From the NCBI GenBank assembly GCA_030704615.1, contig CM060731.1, positions 65,348,001 to 65,412,000 on the forward strand: 64,000 nucleotides of DNA, written 5' to 3'. The position numbers and the translations under genes are program-made. Of this stretch, positions 12,010 to 26,170 are shown piece by piece (within the stretch, counting starts at the first letter, position 1; every line of letters starts with the position of its first letter). Below the pieces are notes generated by a model. It worked only from the letters and a program-made list of their open reading frames with translations. It ran no database searches and was not told where the DNA came from. The DNA is from Takakia lepidozioides (taxonomy: Eukaryota > Plantae > Bryophyta).

Positions 12010-15000
12010 GTTGGAAGTCAGTTGTTCACACATGGATGATGCTGCTAACCATGGAGAAAGCTTTCATGTGGGAGTTGCATCACTGTGCATTGGTTAATAG
12101 GACATGCAATTGGCAGCAGTGTTTGAGTGCATAGTCTGGAGATTAAAACCGTAACTACCTTCTGGCGCTCAAAAGGATAAGTTGGCTCTGGTTCCAAGCA
12201 AGTTATGACCAGCATGACTAGCTGGGAATGGCTGTTAAAGAGTATCCTTGTTGACAGTCTTTTCGAGGGTGCCTGTAAACACTGAACCAAGGTGAGCTAG
12301 AGGTAACTGCCACTGTTCTTGCCAGTAACACTTGCACATGCTTGTACACATAGATCTATCTACAGAGATGCCTTCGTAGTTTTCAGGCCAATATACCATT
12401 ACGCCAGAAAAGGAATTAAAACCTTGTTGTCAATCCTGGTATGAGGAGAAATATGGAGCTGTTCAGCCATGAATAGATTACTTGTCAGTTCAGATTGTAG
12501 TATTGGCAACCACTGGGGTAAGGTAGGTGTGTGGACCTCTAACAGCTCTAGTAATGGCTTCTATCTAGAGCTCACTTGGAGGACATGGCACAAGAGTGTT
12601 CGTGTCAATTTGGGACAGCCACCAGGTATTGTAGGATATGATGGAGAGACTGATTTCAAACCAGGTACCCAACAATGACACAGTAGCAAGTGGAGTGCAG
12701 GGCTTACGGATCTGCATGGGCCTCACAGTGGTAATGGTGGTAAGAGAGACATCAAGTTTAGTGAAGTATGATGTACCCTCACTCGGATGCCTTGTACATA
12801 ACTTGAGCAGCCCTGAATTGTCTGTTGATAAGAAAAAAATTGCAGTTGATCTTTGTGGTTGTCTTCGTCTGGATCATTGGGCATGCTTAAGTTGTTTGCA
12901 GAGGCCCATACAAACCTCAGGAAAGGAAGCGTTACTATTTGTTGGGGAAAATCAGGCTTCATACAGTGTCCAAAATAGAATGGTGCTGACAGGGATTTAA
13001 AAGGACCTCTTGTTTTGAGGCTCATCCTCCCAGATTCTTCATAGGTTGTTTGTAGATTGCAGATTGCATAGTTAAACATTAAATTCTTTCAAGTCTTGGA
13101 CTTGCAAAAGATCTACCCACCCTTTCTGGGGTGCCCAGCACCAAGTCCAAATGTGATTGACTTGGTGAATGACTCATACCAGTTTCAAAGACTGTTGGTA
13201 ATGAAGTGAACTCTATCCCTGTGAGTAATCTTCGAGGTCTGGCATGAACTACTGTGGGTTTACATTTCCAGGAAACACTCGAGTTTTATTTACATGTTCA
13301 GAGCTATAAGGCAAACCAGCTGAGCAATTTTGTACTACAGTGAAGACGTCAGGATGCAGTTTGAAATGATCCTAGAAGCATGCAGTTGCAGTTGGGACTT
13401 TCAGCCATGTCTCCAACGTAAGAATTGAAGACAAGCAGCCACCATCATGGTTCCATCACCTCGAATTTTGGAGATTGCTTCTGCAGAGAGAGATGGGTTA
13501 GCTAGCTGTGCAGGCTTTACTTGGAAAGCTTGGATCATCATGGTAAGAACGGTTGCAATAGTGCGGGTCGGATCTCGAACAATCTCGAAAGCTTCTGCTG
13601 GTACACAATCCAGTATTCGGAGAAGTGATCTACAAATGTGCGGAAGGTGAGGTTGGGAGATGCGGCCAGCACGGACAGTGCACATGAACGGCCGGTCCTT
13701 CTGCCATGAAAGCATCACGTGCCATCTCACAGCCTGCCTCTAACCGCCCCTCCCATGCTTCTTTACGAGTGGCCATCCCTCTGCCGCCACAGTGTCAGCA
13801 GGACTCACGGGGAGAGACTCACATGTTGACCATTTAAACACACCTGCCTGGGCTGCTGAGAGGACAGCGCCCATCTCCAATGAGAAGGCAATTGTCTCTC
13901 CCTGGTACGTACTCGCAACATTGAGGCGCAGATGAGTGTGGACGGCGGTGAGCAAGTGTGGCTACCACGCTTGGCGCGTTACTGCCAAGCATATCTTATC
14001 TGCGAAACATTTTGTGGCTTTGCAGATTCCCTGCCCCCTTCGTTTCCAGAATTGTTCCCTCTCCATAGCACGAGTGGGCTTTATGCTTGTACTGGGCCAG
14101 GGCGGCTCCTTTCGAGGACAAGGATTATCAAGGACACCAATCGTCCATATGGTCGGCGCATTGACCATCTAACATCCTTCCAGCACTTGCATATCACAAG
14201 ATAACCGACTTTTCCACCGACACGGGACATGAATCAGCGAGCAATCACGTAACTCAAGGAACTTGGACAGAAGTAAGTGTAGTGAAAGAGAGATGGTGCA
14301 GGGAGTTAGTTGGGGATTGCCCAGATGCAGGCCTTACTATCATCTTCCTCTTCCCATCAAGTTCCATCATTTTATGGAGCTGTGGATCCGCAGGTTTTAG
14401 TCCTGCTGTTCACACCTCAATTCCTCAACAGATTAACCACAAATCGGAGAGTACGAGGTCAAGGTAGTAGTCGTCACCCTTTTTCATATGACAAGCACAG
14501 ATACGTCCAATACTTTGACCTCGTTGGGACCATCGCAAATACAGCTAAACTGAAATCGTCATGCTCAATGTAAAGATAACTTTGAATGCTCCTCTCAGCA
14601 GTGACGAGGCTTGACGTTTGTGCGTCAGACATGTTGTCAATTGTCGGTGCTTTGGAAAATCTCCCATGGGGGGTTGGCCTGTCATTGATGTAGATGGTTA
14701 CGTCGTCACTAAATCTAGCACACGGGCGAACAATGTAGATGCTCATTGGTGAAATCAGCAGATACAGTTGTGCACATCAAATCGCAGCTTGTGGGTCAAA
14801 TACCTTGGCGGATTTGAGAATCCAGATTACAGTTATTAGTAGTATGTTATGTCAAGATTTCTGCCTTCTCGACCTCTCATTCCACAACCATGAATCCAAC
14901 GAACAACAGCATTCATAATCTTGACAACGTTGCATTTCATGATGCATACTACGCCTGGCCGTGTTCTCTCAATCCCGATGCACTCCCAACTTAAAAAAAC

Positions 15001-15655
15001 ACACGCACAAATCAATCTCAACTTCTTAAAGTCATTCTCAATGCCCAAGTCCAAAATCAAATTAGCCAACAAAAGTTGGAGCTTCAGATTAGATTAATGC
15101 AGGTTTACCGAGGTAGGTGCAGCCTCAAATCAAGTCAGGGGCCGATATCGCCCAGACACATCGATGACAAAGCCGTGTTTCTAACTGGAAAATTTCCCTA
15201 CTCAAATCTACTCTCTACTCAAAGTTTCCTGCCTCTAACGGCCGTGTTTTTAAGTGGAAAATTTCCGTGCCTCTGCTAGATGTATCAAACTAGTCTGGTC
15301 GGCATAGCCTACGAATGGCTGCAGACATTGGGCTAAACTGTTAACTGATGTGTCGTCTTTCTTTACGCCCGCCCTCCCGCAGCAAACTGAAGAGTACGAT
15401 CTGCCTCAACGGCAATCATGTGGAAAGGTTCAGGCGCAGGAGGTGCTGGCGATTCTATGCGTGGCTGCTATACATATTACAGCCCCCTCTTCCCCTCAAA
15501 AAACAACGGTTCGGCCCCTAATCCATAACCGAAAAGCATCCCGCGACCTTGGTCAAACGACACCCATCATCAAATGCTTACGCACTTCAGGCTCCATAAC
15601 AAATGATACCCATAGCGTTCCAGTCCATGAAGGTGAGGAGGAAAGGGGTGACCAA

Positions 15656-16054
15656 TTATAGCCAAAGAGCTCCGGCTTCCTTCAATTGGGGGACAAGGGC
15701 GCCACTAATGTGGGCTGCCATGACCCGATCGAGGCCCCCCAGCAGCTTCCCACCAACGAACACGGCTGGCACAGCCTGTGCCTCCCCAACCAAGCGCATC
15801 AGCGCCTTCTCCATGTCAGCACCATCGCTCTGCTCGTCTAACTCGTACACGGTAGGCCCAACACCCAGGCTGCAGAAAAGACGCTTCACGACATGACACA
15901 TGCAGCACCCACTCTGGCTAAATACCACCACAGCATTCTCGGTGGCCAACCTCTCCACCAACTCCATCGCCTCGGCCACCTCATCTTGCTGCATTCCCCC
16001 ATTACGACTCCCCATGTTGTTCATGTGTTGATACGAGTGCGTCTCGGTCTCCAT
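15656..16054 (-). CDS. CC-type glutaredoxin (ROXY-like), intronless
   Basis: Active site CCMC, VPAVFVGG..GG, and C-terminal LxxLK..ALWL motif. Likely start at METETHS (16054). Confidence 0.95.
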   Translation of the reverse strand: METETHSYQHMNNMGSRNGGMQQDEVAEAMELVERLATENAVVVFSQSGCCMCHVVKRLFCSLGVGPTVYELDEQSDGADMEKALMRLVGEAQAVPAVFVGGKLLGGLDRVMAAHISGALVPQLKEAGALWL

Positions 16055-17176
16055 GCTGCCCGCCGCCTCGACAAGACAACCTTCAAAAAGGCGAAGCAGA
16101 GGAGGACAAGAAAAAAAGGCAACTCCTTTAAGCTGGAGACGAAGAGAGAACACGAGTCTCAACAAATTGCTCGGCACCCAAAAGACAAGGCTTTGACACA
16201 CTGCAACAAAACACAAGGCTTTAACACTGAGAGATGAAAGTCGCCAAGACAATGCCCATGATCGTCACGGCTCCAAGAAAGTGCAAGGCGTTTCCAATTT
16301 GTGATCTGATGTGAGACTAGAAAAGCCTGTGAAGTGCTCGCTCAATAAGTAGACACCCCGCCGTTACAGCCTCCAATTGCTTTCCAGAGACGCGCTAGTG
16401 ACAAGCACTTCTTGCCATCGCCACATTCCCACTCGCTTTGGACTTGATTACTCGGCTGTACTGCTGCTTTCTCCTGTCCTCCTTTCCACTCAAGTACTTG
16501 ACGCTGTGTCAGACCCAGATCAGACAGTGGGTTATTTTTGTCGGAAAGCTCTCACGCCTGCCTCCCTACAGTACCCCCCCTGTAGATCCACCTCCCCCCT
16601 CAAAAGAATTCCCCAGGATGGATTACCGACCCACACATCCTTCCCTCTCTCTCTTTCTCTCTCTCTTTATCTCCCTTTATCCCTCTCTACACTCTGTCTC
16701 TCTCCCTAAAGATTGAAGAAACCATAGCTCTGAGGGAGTGATGAGGGAGTGGCAGATCTGGCACACGTGACAGCCACTCTCATACGCGAGCGCGGGGCGT
16801 GTGTCGGGCGCGTGCAGGCCATCCTTGGATCGCGCTACAACTCGTACACCGTCATCTCGCACCTCTCCATCACCGCTGCTCTGCTCATCATACTCCCCCC
16901 TCCCTCTTTGCTAATATTACTTACCTCTGCTCTCTTCGTACTCCGCTGCTCTTTTTATATCTTATTTGTTTCTTCCTGCCGCCAAAACTTGGATCCTTTC
17001 CATTCTCGGATCCCTCCTCCCTCGCCTTCTTCCTCTTATTATTATTACACCCACCCTTTCTTTGAGTCCTGTGGTGGGAAGCTTGTTTCTGGGTTCAAAT
17101 CTTGGTTGCATGCTTGCCTGGTGGTGGTGGAGTTGTAATTGTGATTAGCTGTTGATGAATGAAATGGGGTTTTCTT

Positions 17177-17365
17177 TTTTCTTTCCCTCGCACCAAATTA
17201 CTATGTATATATTTACATATGCCCATGTTGAGGATTTTCAGGGTCCGCGGTTTATTACTAGAGGGAAACCCATTTCTTTCCCTCGCACCAAATTACTAGC
17301 TATGCATATATTGACATATGCCCATGTTGAGGATTTTCAGCGCCCTGGGTAAATTACTAGAGGGT
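17177..17365. repeat. ~97-bp tandem duplication
   Basis: tttccctcgcaccaaattacta...catatgcccatgttgaggattttcag...attactagaggg occurs twice. Confidence 0.75.
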
Positions 17366-20300
17366 GAGTTGTTAGTTGCTACATCGCTATCTTTTTGCCT
17401 ATCTACATATATTTGTGTGTGTGTATGTGTGCGCCGGATATTAGATTGGGAGTGGGGAGGCTACTTGGGGAGTTGCTAACTGTTATGAATATATATATAC
17501 ACATTTTTCAGAGTCCGGAGGTTGGATGGGGGGTGTTGCTAGGGTGCGATCCTCCGTAAGGGGGGTCTACAAGTACAATTCCAGAGGTGAAGCTCCGGGC
17601 CTTACTACGACACTATGATTGGCAATCGGCCATTGGAGAAGCCTGCCTTGCGAGTAATTAACAACACTAAACTTGCATATGTAGTTTTTGACCATTAGGA
17701 TGATTGGGTTGGTGGGTTTCCGCGGAATTCATGGTGGTGATGCAATACCCCAATACCTCACTATCTGGGCAAGATAGTAATAGTGTGTCATGTATGGTGG
17801 TAATATATGGCTTCCAGACAATCAATTCTGTTATTGGGTTGTTTTACCCATGCTGTCACTAATGTTTCCCTCTTCGGGCCCAACCCCCATCACACAATCA
17901 ATTCTGTTATTTGGGGGTCACTAATTAGCCTTCTTAGTGCGGAACCCCAATCACACTAGTATCACCAACTAAGTTAAGCCTTGGACTTGGAGCATCTTCC
18001 ACAGCCCAACAAGGGGCTGCTACAATAACCCGCCTTCTCCCAATGGCTCTAGTAATTTGTAATTCCCCCCAGGATTCAAACTGGTGCTCTAAAAAAAGCC
18101 AAGGAGAAGTGTGGGCAGTTGATAAGAAAAGAATGCTGTGCATTGAAAACTATATTTTGAATGGTGGGCTATGAGGCGTAGAAGTAGTACAGTAAGTACT
18201 AAGTACCTTGGCTACAAGTAGAAGAAGACAAGACGAGAGAAGGGGAGAGAGAAAATGGTGGGCGAGTAATGAGAGGAGGAGCAGTGGAGCAGACTCGCAG
18301 AGGGAGAAAAGCGGCGATGGAATGAATGAGCAGCGAGGGATGCAATAACTGAGCGCGTCAGCGCGGCGTGGGCTATCGTCAGCGCCGCTGCGCAGTGATG
18401 GCATGTGTCGGAGCATAGCGGCGCCTTCCGTGACTCCAACAAGTCTGACATCTCTCTCTCCCCCTCCTTTCCGCCTCCTTCCTCGCATGCCCTTTCCCTC
18501 CACCATCAGCAGCAGCACAGCATGATGCCACACACACCCCCCACCCGCACCCCAACCTTTAAAGCGCCCACTTTCTTCCCTTGTCGGTGCAATTCGCCGG
18601 CCCTTGAAACCTGACGTTGAACGAGGACTGCCTTGGGGGGGGGCTCTGGGGATGTGAAAAAACCCAATATGCAACATCTTCTGTCTCTTCCCTGACTTTT
18701 ACAGAGGAACGCTGTGGGTGTCATCCTTTGACTTCAATGCGGGTCAGATACCTGGTAAGGCATGTTTTACTGGCAAAACCATGTCTGACCGAAACGGCTA
18801 CGCCAGGGAAGAACTCCCAATACTTGGGTCGCCTTGCCTAACTTGAAAAACAATAACAGAAGAAAGAGGGTTTCCGGGAGAAAGAGAGATAGAGAGCAAT
18901 TCCCAAAGTTGTAATTCTCTACCCGACTGAATCCAGGATTCGAGCTGCGCATGGAAGCACGCAATTCGACAAAAACTTTAGCAAGTCAGAGATGTGGGTA
19001 GGCCCCAGTAAAAACATCCAGGCATGTGACTTATAGTTCGTTGCAAAAGCTTTCAACCCTCTCTCTTGTCCCAAGAAACTTCTCCCGGTGTACGAGGGGA
19101 ACTAAAAGATCATGGGAATGTGATAAAAGTTGGAAGCATCTAAGCTTCTAGAATGCTAACCGACTTTCAAAATGTAAAGCGACCCACCACATATTTTTTC
19201 CTTTGTTCTTGTTGGTTTTGGGCAGGGGGGGGGGAAAGAAGAAAGGACTCACCCGGGACCTTTGAAAGCCAGATTAAAGAAGTAAGGAATAACCTCAAGG
19301 CACACAGGTTTAAGAACTGGAGTGATGCCATCAATGGCACGTCATGTTAGCCACCCAGGGTGGGAGTTCAGTTGGTGATAGTGCTTGGGTATTGATGGCT
19401 CGGCGGCTCGCCTAAGAGGAGGCTCCCACCATTGGATTTGTCTTCAATCCACTCTCATGGAGCTTGATGAAGTCTTCTTTGAAGTGGGTTCCAAGGCCCC
19501 ACACACATAAGCTGCCGAAATACATGCAGAATAGCTTTTTTAACCGTTGTCAACAAAGGAAAGGACGAAAGGACATGTGGGCTGACACTGGATGGCAATG
19601 TGGCATGAGTTTGACTAACATAAACTGTGGTGGAACAGTGTAAGAAATGCCAACAGCCTGTAGAGCCCATGAAGTTATGACATGAGCCTCCTTTGCCTCC
19701 TTTGCTTTATGACGAGGAGGTTCATGTTCAGCTGCTGTATGAGTTCAGATATTTTAGGGTCCGTTCAGGCGGTGAGGCTCATAATACCATTCATTCACTC
19801 ACACATCAATCTTTCCTGTTGTAGCCGTCGAAATGAGAAAACCAGCCCTAATGCCCACTATAGCAAGTAAATGCCCATGTTAGCCCTGACAAGCCACACT
19901 AACCTTCATAGTTCCACCATTGCTTCACCATTGCTTCATCAGTTCTGTGTTTTGCCACAAATTAAGATCCCACCCACCCTCATCATGATCATGCCAGTTA
20001 CTAATGTCCACTTAAAACCCACCCGGCAAGTGAAGAATGAGAGTACTTATGGCCCATTCTCTCACAGAGTGTTGAGATCTTGTTAGTGTTATCCGATGAT
20101 TTTGAGTTAACAAGTAGTTTAAGAAGTCAACTGTTAGTTTAGCATCTAATGCTTGGGAATCCTGAGAGTTAAGTTCACACATGGGGAGACGGTATCATGG
20201 GTCAACTAAACATTTGTCGTTTCTGTAAGTTAGAATTAGAACTCTGATTTCTTACTTTTTAGTAAAGGCTATCTCGTCTCATGATGATGTTTTGGCTCTA

Positions 20301-20784
20301 ATGCATCACTGCTGGTGGGGCATGCAGAGATTGTGCATCTTTACCAATCCACTGCTGCCCAGTAGGAGTTCCAGCCCTAACATTCTATTTCTTAGAGATG
20401 ATGTATCATTGCATCATAGTGACCCACTTTCATCCCCTGTGGTATCTGGTATCCCCTGTGGTGAGTGCTATATATCTATATGAGGAAGTGATGACGAAAT
20501 ACAAAAACAACACTTGGGTGCATGATACATCGCCAAGAAGACAAGCAGAGGAGAGAAGTCTGCTCTTGACAGGTGGTTAGAGCCATGAAATTTGTCAAAT
20601 GACTGGGGGTCCCATTTTGAACTAGTCGATGTAATTAAACACAGTGTGAACTTAAAATATATGAGTTAAAGGCAATAACATAAACCATGTCTGAAGTGTG
20701 AACCACCATGTTAAGGTAAAGTGATGTCACCTAGCTTAACTTGCCCTTAACTTTACCATGCACTAACACTGTGCCAATAGGGGG

Positions 20785-21225
20785 TCAGTTTTCCATTTTC
20801 TATTCAGTCCCTAGCAGGAACTTCCTCCCCAAAAATAGGAGGCTGTTCAAAAACACAAAGTGGTTCCCAGTTCTCCATTTTTTATGCAGTCCCTAGCAGG
20901 AGCTTCTTCCCCAAATAGGAGGCTTCCTGACTGGGTTCAAACTTCAGACGTTCCAGTTCTCCATTTTTTGCACAGTCCCTAGCAGGAACTTCCTCCCCAA
21001 AAATATGAGGCTTTTCAAAAACACAAAGTGGCTCCCAGTTCTCCATTTTCTATGCAGTCCCAGCAGGAGCTTCCTCCCCAAATAGGAGGCTTCCCGACTG
21101 GGTTCAAAACCACGCTCCCAGTCCTCCAATTTTTTATACAGAATCTACCAAGAGCTTCCTCCCCAAATAGGAGGTTTCATGACTCAGTTCAAAGACACAA
21201 AGTGGCGCTCCCAGTCCTCCACTTG
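20785..21225. repeat. Minisatellite of about 5-6 diverged ~80-bp units
   Basis: Recurring cagttctccatttt..cagtccctagcagga(a/g)cttcctccccaaa..taggagg. Confidence 0.8.
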
Positions 21226-21409
21226 GCAAATGTCAGAATCTTCATCATCATGTGTTAGTCCCCCTGCCCCAAATGATGGCTAGAGAGCCTCTAGGTCAAG
21301 ACCAAAGACCCCTTCAACGTGGACTTCAACATGGAATGGTGATAGTTATAATTTTTCTGATCCTATGATGTGAGTGAAAAGCAAGTGGTGGTTGATTGGA
21401 AGTGATGTA

Positions 21410-22137
21410 CCGTCCGTGGACAACCGTTTAGGCATTTTTGTGCCTAATAATTATTTCAATCAATCAGACTGCTGAGGCATTTCAAAATGAAAGTGCCCAA
21501 CCAATTCTGGGAATTTTTCAGATTTTGGCCTAATTGTTTGGAAACTATGGCCTAATGCCTAAAAATTCGAGCAAAAAACTTGCAAGCCTCTTCTCATGTT
21601 GTTTGTAATAAGATGAAAATTTCATTTGAACAAAAATCAATACAAATATATGCGTGCGGAGATAACTTCCTACAAATAGCAATCTATTTGCGAGAGCTCC
21701 ATGTAACTTCGAAAGGCCCCCGCATGGACTCGACAATGTCATCATATTCATCCTCCTCGCTAATCATCATGATCTCTCCACTACCTCGTCCACCACATTG
21801 AGATCAAGGATATCCTCATTTTCAATGTGCAGATTTGCAAGACATCTACACATAGTTTCCTCTACACTAAGGTCAAGGTAGAAATCATCATTCACTGCAA
21901 ACAAATTGGTTACAAAATTGGCTCGCATAGCTTCTCCCTGGAAAGTGTGCTCCGTAAAATCCCACATTGTTCCCACGTAAAACCCCACATTGTTCCCACC
22001 CAGAGACAATCATGTCCGTACAATAAATGTTTTCTCTTCTTATGTGCCTAATTCTAAAAACTTATAGCATGAAGGTGCCTAATGTGAGAAATGGTTTGAG
22101 AAAATTAATTATCGCCTAAATGGTTGTCCAGGGACGG
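21410..22137. mobile_element. Non-autonomous Tc1/mariner (pogo-like) DNA transposon
   Basis: TIRs CCGTCCGTGGACAACCGTTTAGGC and (reverse complement) CCGTCCCTGGACAACCATTTAGGC, flanked by TA on both sides (21408-9 and 22138-9). Confidence 0.75.
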
Positions 22138-23368
22138 TATACATATTTGTGTGCCTTGTCATGATATTATGTTTGTTGTGATTCCCTCACAATCCACTCA
22201 CATTGCCTCATCCATATACCCTTTGTCGTGGATGACTCTAGATATGTAGAAATAGACAAATACTGCAACAGTCCTATTCACACTGTTCAAGTGGTATTCT
22301 TCTTAAAGATTCAACCAAAAGTATAGGGATTCAATAGTTTAATCTCTAGCCATCCATAGTCATAAAAATGGGGCTCTTTCATGCCCAAACCAGCATGGGA
22401 TTCATGCAAAGCTCGATGTATTGATCAACCACAACTTTGCGTGGAGGCTTGCAAATAGTCATATCATATAGTGTGGTTGAAACAAGTTTGCAACCCAAGT
22501 ACACGCACTTCAATATGCAAAATTGACTGTGAACTTAGCAAGAGGATATTCCAGCTCCTGATGGTTTACCACACATAGACCAAGATTTCTATAAGAACCT
22601 CATCAAAGTGGGCATATTATGTAGGTAGAGCCATCCTCTATGGACAACTAGCCTAGTCCTCTCAGTAACTGTTGCTAGAGAATATACAAAAATCATGTCT
22701 ATTTCAACCCAGAGAAAAAGCCTGTTACATGTGTTGCTGTAAGGACCTTCACATGTACTGCACCTGGAGATGCAGCATCAATACTTGACTAAAATCTGCA
22801 TGTACAGAAAAGCCAACGTGACTACACCAAGTGCCCATATATACCTTTGACGAGATTTCCATACCAACAGGACAAAAATGTCAAATGAATGTATTGCATC
22901 TGAGGTGGTCCTATTTCCAAACCATTGATTGCCAGAACAAGCAGATGCACGACATAACCTTCCCAAAGGTCAATTTGCCAGCTAGCCACCACAATTTCAC
23001 AGCCCGACCATGCAAAGCTGCATTTTTTCCCAAGGTGTCAAAAGAGTCAACAAAGGTGACCTCGTACATGTGTGAGGATGCCCAATACCTGTCAAGGCAA
23101 TTGCCGGGCTTGCATGGCTGTCATGCACACCAAAAATCTTGCATGCAGATGGAAGTACTGGACAAATGAACAGGATCAAATTTGAGGGACAGCAAATTGA
23201 ACCCAAAGATTCCTGCCTGGAGCGCCTCATTTGGGCTCGTGTGTAAAGGGGGCAACTGACCTACCTCCACGATTGAATGGAGCTATCACATATCACCTGC
23301 TCCCTTTCAGTGGGGCTGATGAGAAAGGCATCTCAACCTAAAATGTGTGCAATAAATCATGGCCCAAA

Positions 23369-26170
23369 TTAGGCAAACGGCATGGCAAAATCAGGAGATG
23401 CTGCAGGCAGCACTGTTGATGACGAAGATGCACAGCCCAAATAGGCAATACATTGATCAAGTGCTCCCCGCATCCAATCATGGCGACACTGCTCGATGGC
23501 TTCTGCCACTGCAAACTGCAGCCCACCACTTGCCCCCACCCCAGGGGCCTTTATCAGCAAGATCCAAACACACCTAACTTCATGTGGCTAACTTTGTGTG
23601 GCTATTGACAATGTTTGTCATTGCAAAACCTAAACCCCACATGGTCCACATATGATTTACACAAACAATTGCACCCATCAACATCACTCATTATCTACAT
23701 CGGAATAAAATAGCGCCAGAGATACTCTACTGAGAAAAAGTTATCACCAACAAAAGTAACTGGGAGATTTATTTCTGCCTCAACAAACTTATGGAAGAGC
23801 ATATCCACTTGCACAAGGTGCCAAATCAAGGATGATTGGCTGCCCTATTGGGCCATCAAAATGGCACATAAGCTCAGTATCTTACTTGGCATCCACCTAG
23901 GAATAAAATAGTGCTGCAGATACTCCAATGAGAAAAACTTATCACCAACAAAAGCGACTTGGATCTTAATTTCTGCCTCAACAAACTTATGAAAGAGCAT
24001 ATCCACTTGCACGCAGTCCCAGATCAAGAGAATGATTGCCTGACCATTGTTACAGAATTGTTGGGCAATCAAATGGGAAAGTAAGCTCGGTATCCCCACT
24101 TTGCACATTCTAAGGTTTCTTGGTCTCATCCAAAACAGATTAAGAACACCTGAGTCCAGACACAGCTCCAGAAAACAATTCCAACAACGCAGCTGTAGGA
24201 TGCAGCCAAGAAAATATAGCCATCAAGCATTGTGATGAAAGTACTAAGAACTCACCCATTGTCGTTGGCGAACATGCTCTTCAGGCCAGGAATCGAGTTG
24301 CTCAGTGACAGCCATTGCAAACATGTGAGCACGACAGAGCCCCTCTGGACAAAAATCTCCTTGTTGGCGCTTGCTCTTGAAATCCCAGGACCCCAGCTTT
24401 CCCTGCACAGACTCATCTGTCTACATTCATCCACCCTGAAGCTAACTTGAAACTCACCTAATTATAAACAAATTACAAGTAGAATCCTCCTCGTGCATAC
24501 AACAAAGTTTCCACATATGGGGAGGCACAAAACACAGGATTTGACTCTACAGCTGGCCATCACTCTATGCCATCCCTCCTTCCCTCGGTGATGAAACCTT
24601 ATCATACAGAAAAGCACATATGTGTCTGATCATGTATGATGAACATATGGTTATCATCCGCCTTTTCTAAACAACGGCAGTGTTAGGAGGTTCTCGTACC
24701 TGGAGAAGGCCACGAACACCAGCCTCTTCAAGTGCTTCTCGGCAAGCTGCCTCTTCTACAGTCTCATCCGTCTCCCAACCACCCTGGAAATGGATAGCAA
24801 CAGAACAAAATGCAACAACACTCACACTCCAAATCATATCATTTGCAATAAACTGCAAATCAAGAGAACTTTGATACAACCACTAGCTAACATAAAAAGC
24901 CCAGAGAAACAAGTATCCAAACCAGTATTATTCTCTTTGCTGAAAATGTTGGTAGGGCTGGGACTTGCAGAATAAAGGAAAAAAAAACCAGGTAAACTGG
25001 GCAATCTGGTCACTACAAACTTGACTGTAGTGTACACCAGAATTCAGCTGACTGTAACAACACCATGCCTCTAACCAAAGGCTGTAAACAGCAAACGACA
25101 GAGTAGCCATGCATAGGCCAGGAAATACTCAGCCAGCCAATAGCAGTAGATGAGGTTTTCAAGTTGTACTCCACAAACAAGACATTTCAGTTTATGGATT
25201 TTTGGGGTTATGGACCTTGGGAAATAGAAGGCCTTCGCCTCTCTGTGATGTGATCATAAGAACTTCCACTATCTTGCCATCTCCGGCTGGGGTATACCTG
25301 TATGGTATGCACCTGCGCACCCTCCTCCCCAGGTCATCATTCATAATACCCGAACCAATGCTCTTTAGGCACCAGAGGCATAAATGCTCAATCTAAAGTA
25401 CAGTAATTAATCCTAAGAATGGGACCTCAAAATGATCATACAGGACCATGCAATGCTGTAAATCCAACCTAGGAAGACCATAACCACATTATACCAACAA
25501 CAACGCTGAGGAAACAAAGGGCAAGAACCAATCTTTCAGGACCAAACTCTGGCGTTTCATCACTTCTGCTACAAAATTAATAGTAAGACAACATGTCTGT
25601 CCCCCATGACCACAGAGCACCTGATCCCACCCACCTAGGGAGATAAAGAGAAGGTGGGGTCGAAAGTTGAAGCAAAAATCCAGGGGCAGGTTATTGAAAG
25701 ACAGTGACGAACTCTACCAATCAGGATGCAAAATTTGCTCTCAAAACTTTTTGCTGAAATTCAAGCCTTCGAAGATATTTGCTATTGGAAAGAGTCACAA
25801 TATGTATTTTTCCAAATTATTGGGGATAGAAAGCGGGAGTGATCTCAAGAAACTGCCCAGCCACTGTCAAAATGACAATAACCTTCCGTTCTTCTAATTC
25901 TTCAGGACGGATCACTACCCGTCCTGGCAGGTACATTGTTAGTACAATAAGAGCAATCACTACACCTCGAACCTGAACCCCTTGAGCGTCCTGGAACTAG
26001 TTAGTGTTGGGTCACGTACAAACCTAAAGTGGTCTCCAGCAAACATAAACATTGTCCATTCCCCATCACAAGTAAAGATCAAGAGCGTAGAGGGCGCACC
26101 CGGCAACAAGGCGATATCCAAGTTCGTAACGCTGTTGATGACGTCCTGTTCGCGCCACCAATGCTGTCAT
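23369..26170 (-). CDS. Nudix hydrolase, DIPP-like subfamily (NUDT12/13/16-like), 5 exons
   Basis: Exons MTALVARTGRHQQRYELGYRLVAG / CIPYRY..VLMITSQRGEGLLFPK / GGWETDETVEEAACREALEEAGVRG (Nudix box) / GKLGSWDFKSKR..WPEEHVRQRQW / FAVAEAIEQCRHDWMRGAL..*. Confidence 0.9.

Noticed and set aside
12100-15600. Numerous short ORFs in intergenic DNA (also 466-1086 and 16300-20700)
   Set aside because: No recognisable domains or consistent exon structure
19355-19455. tRNA-derived SINE-like sequence (A/B-box-like motifs)
   Set aside because: Boxes are degenerate, with no cloverleaf, tail or TSD
23700-24080. Intronic duplications (also 6845-6995)
   Set aside because: Ordinary local tandem duplications with no sign of function
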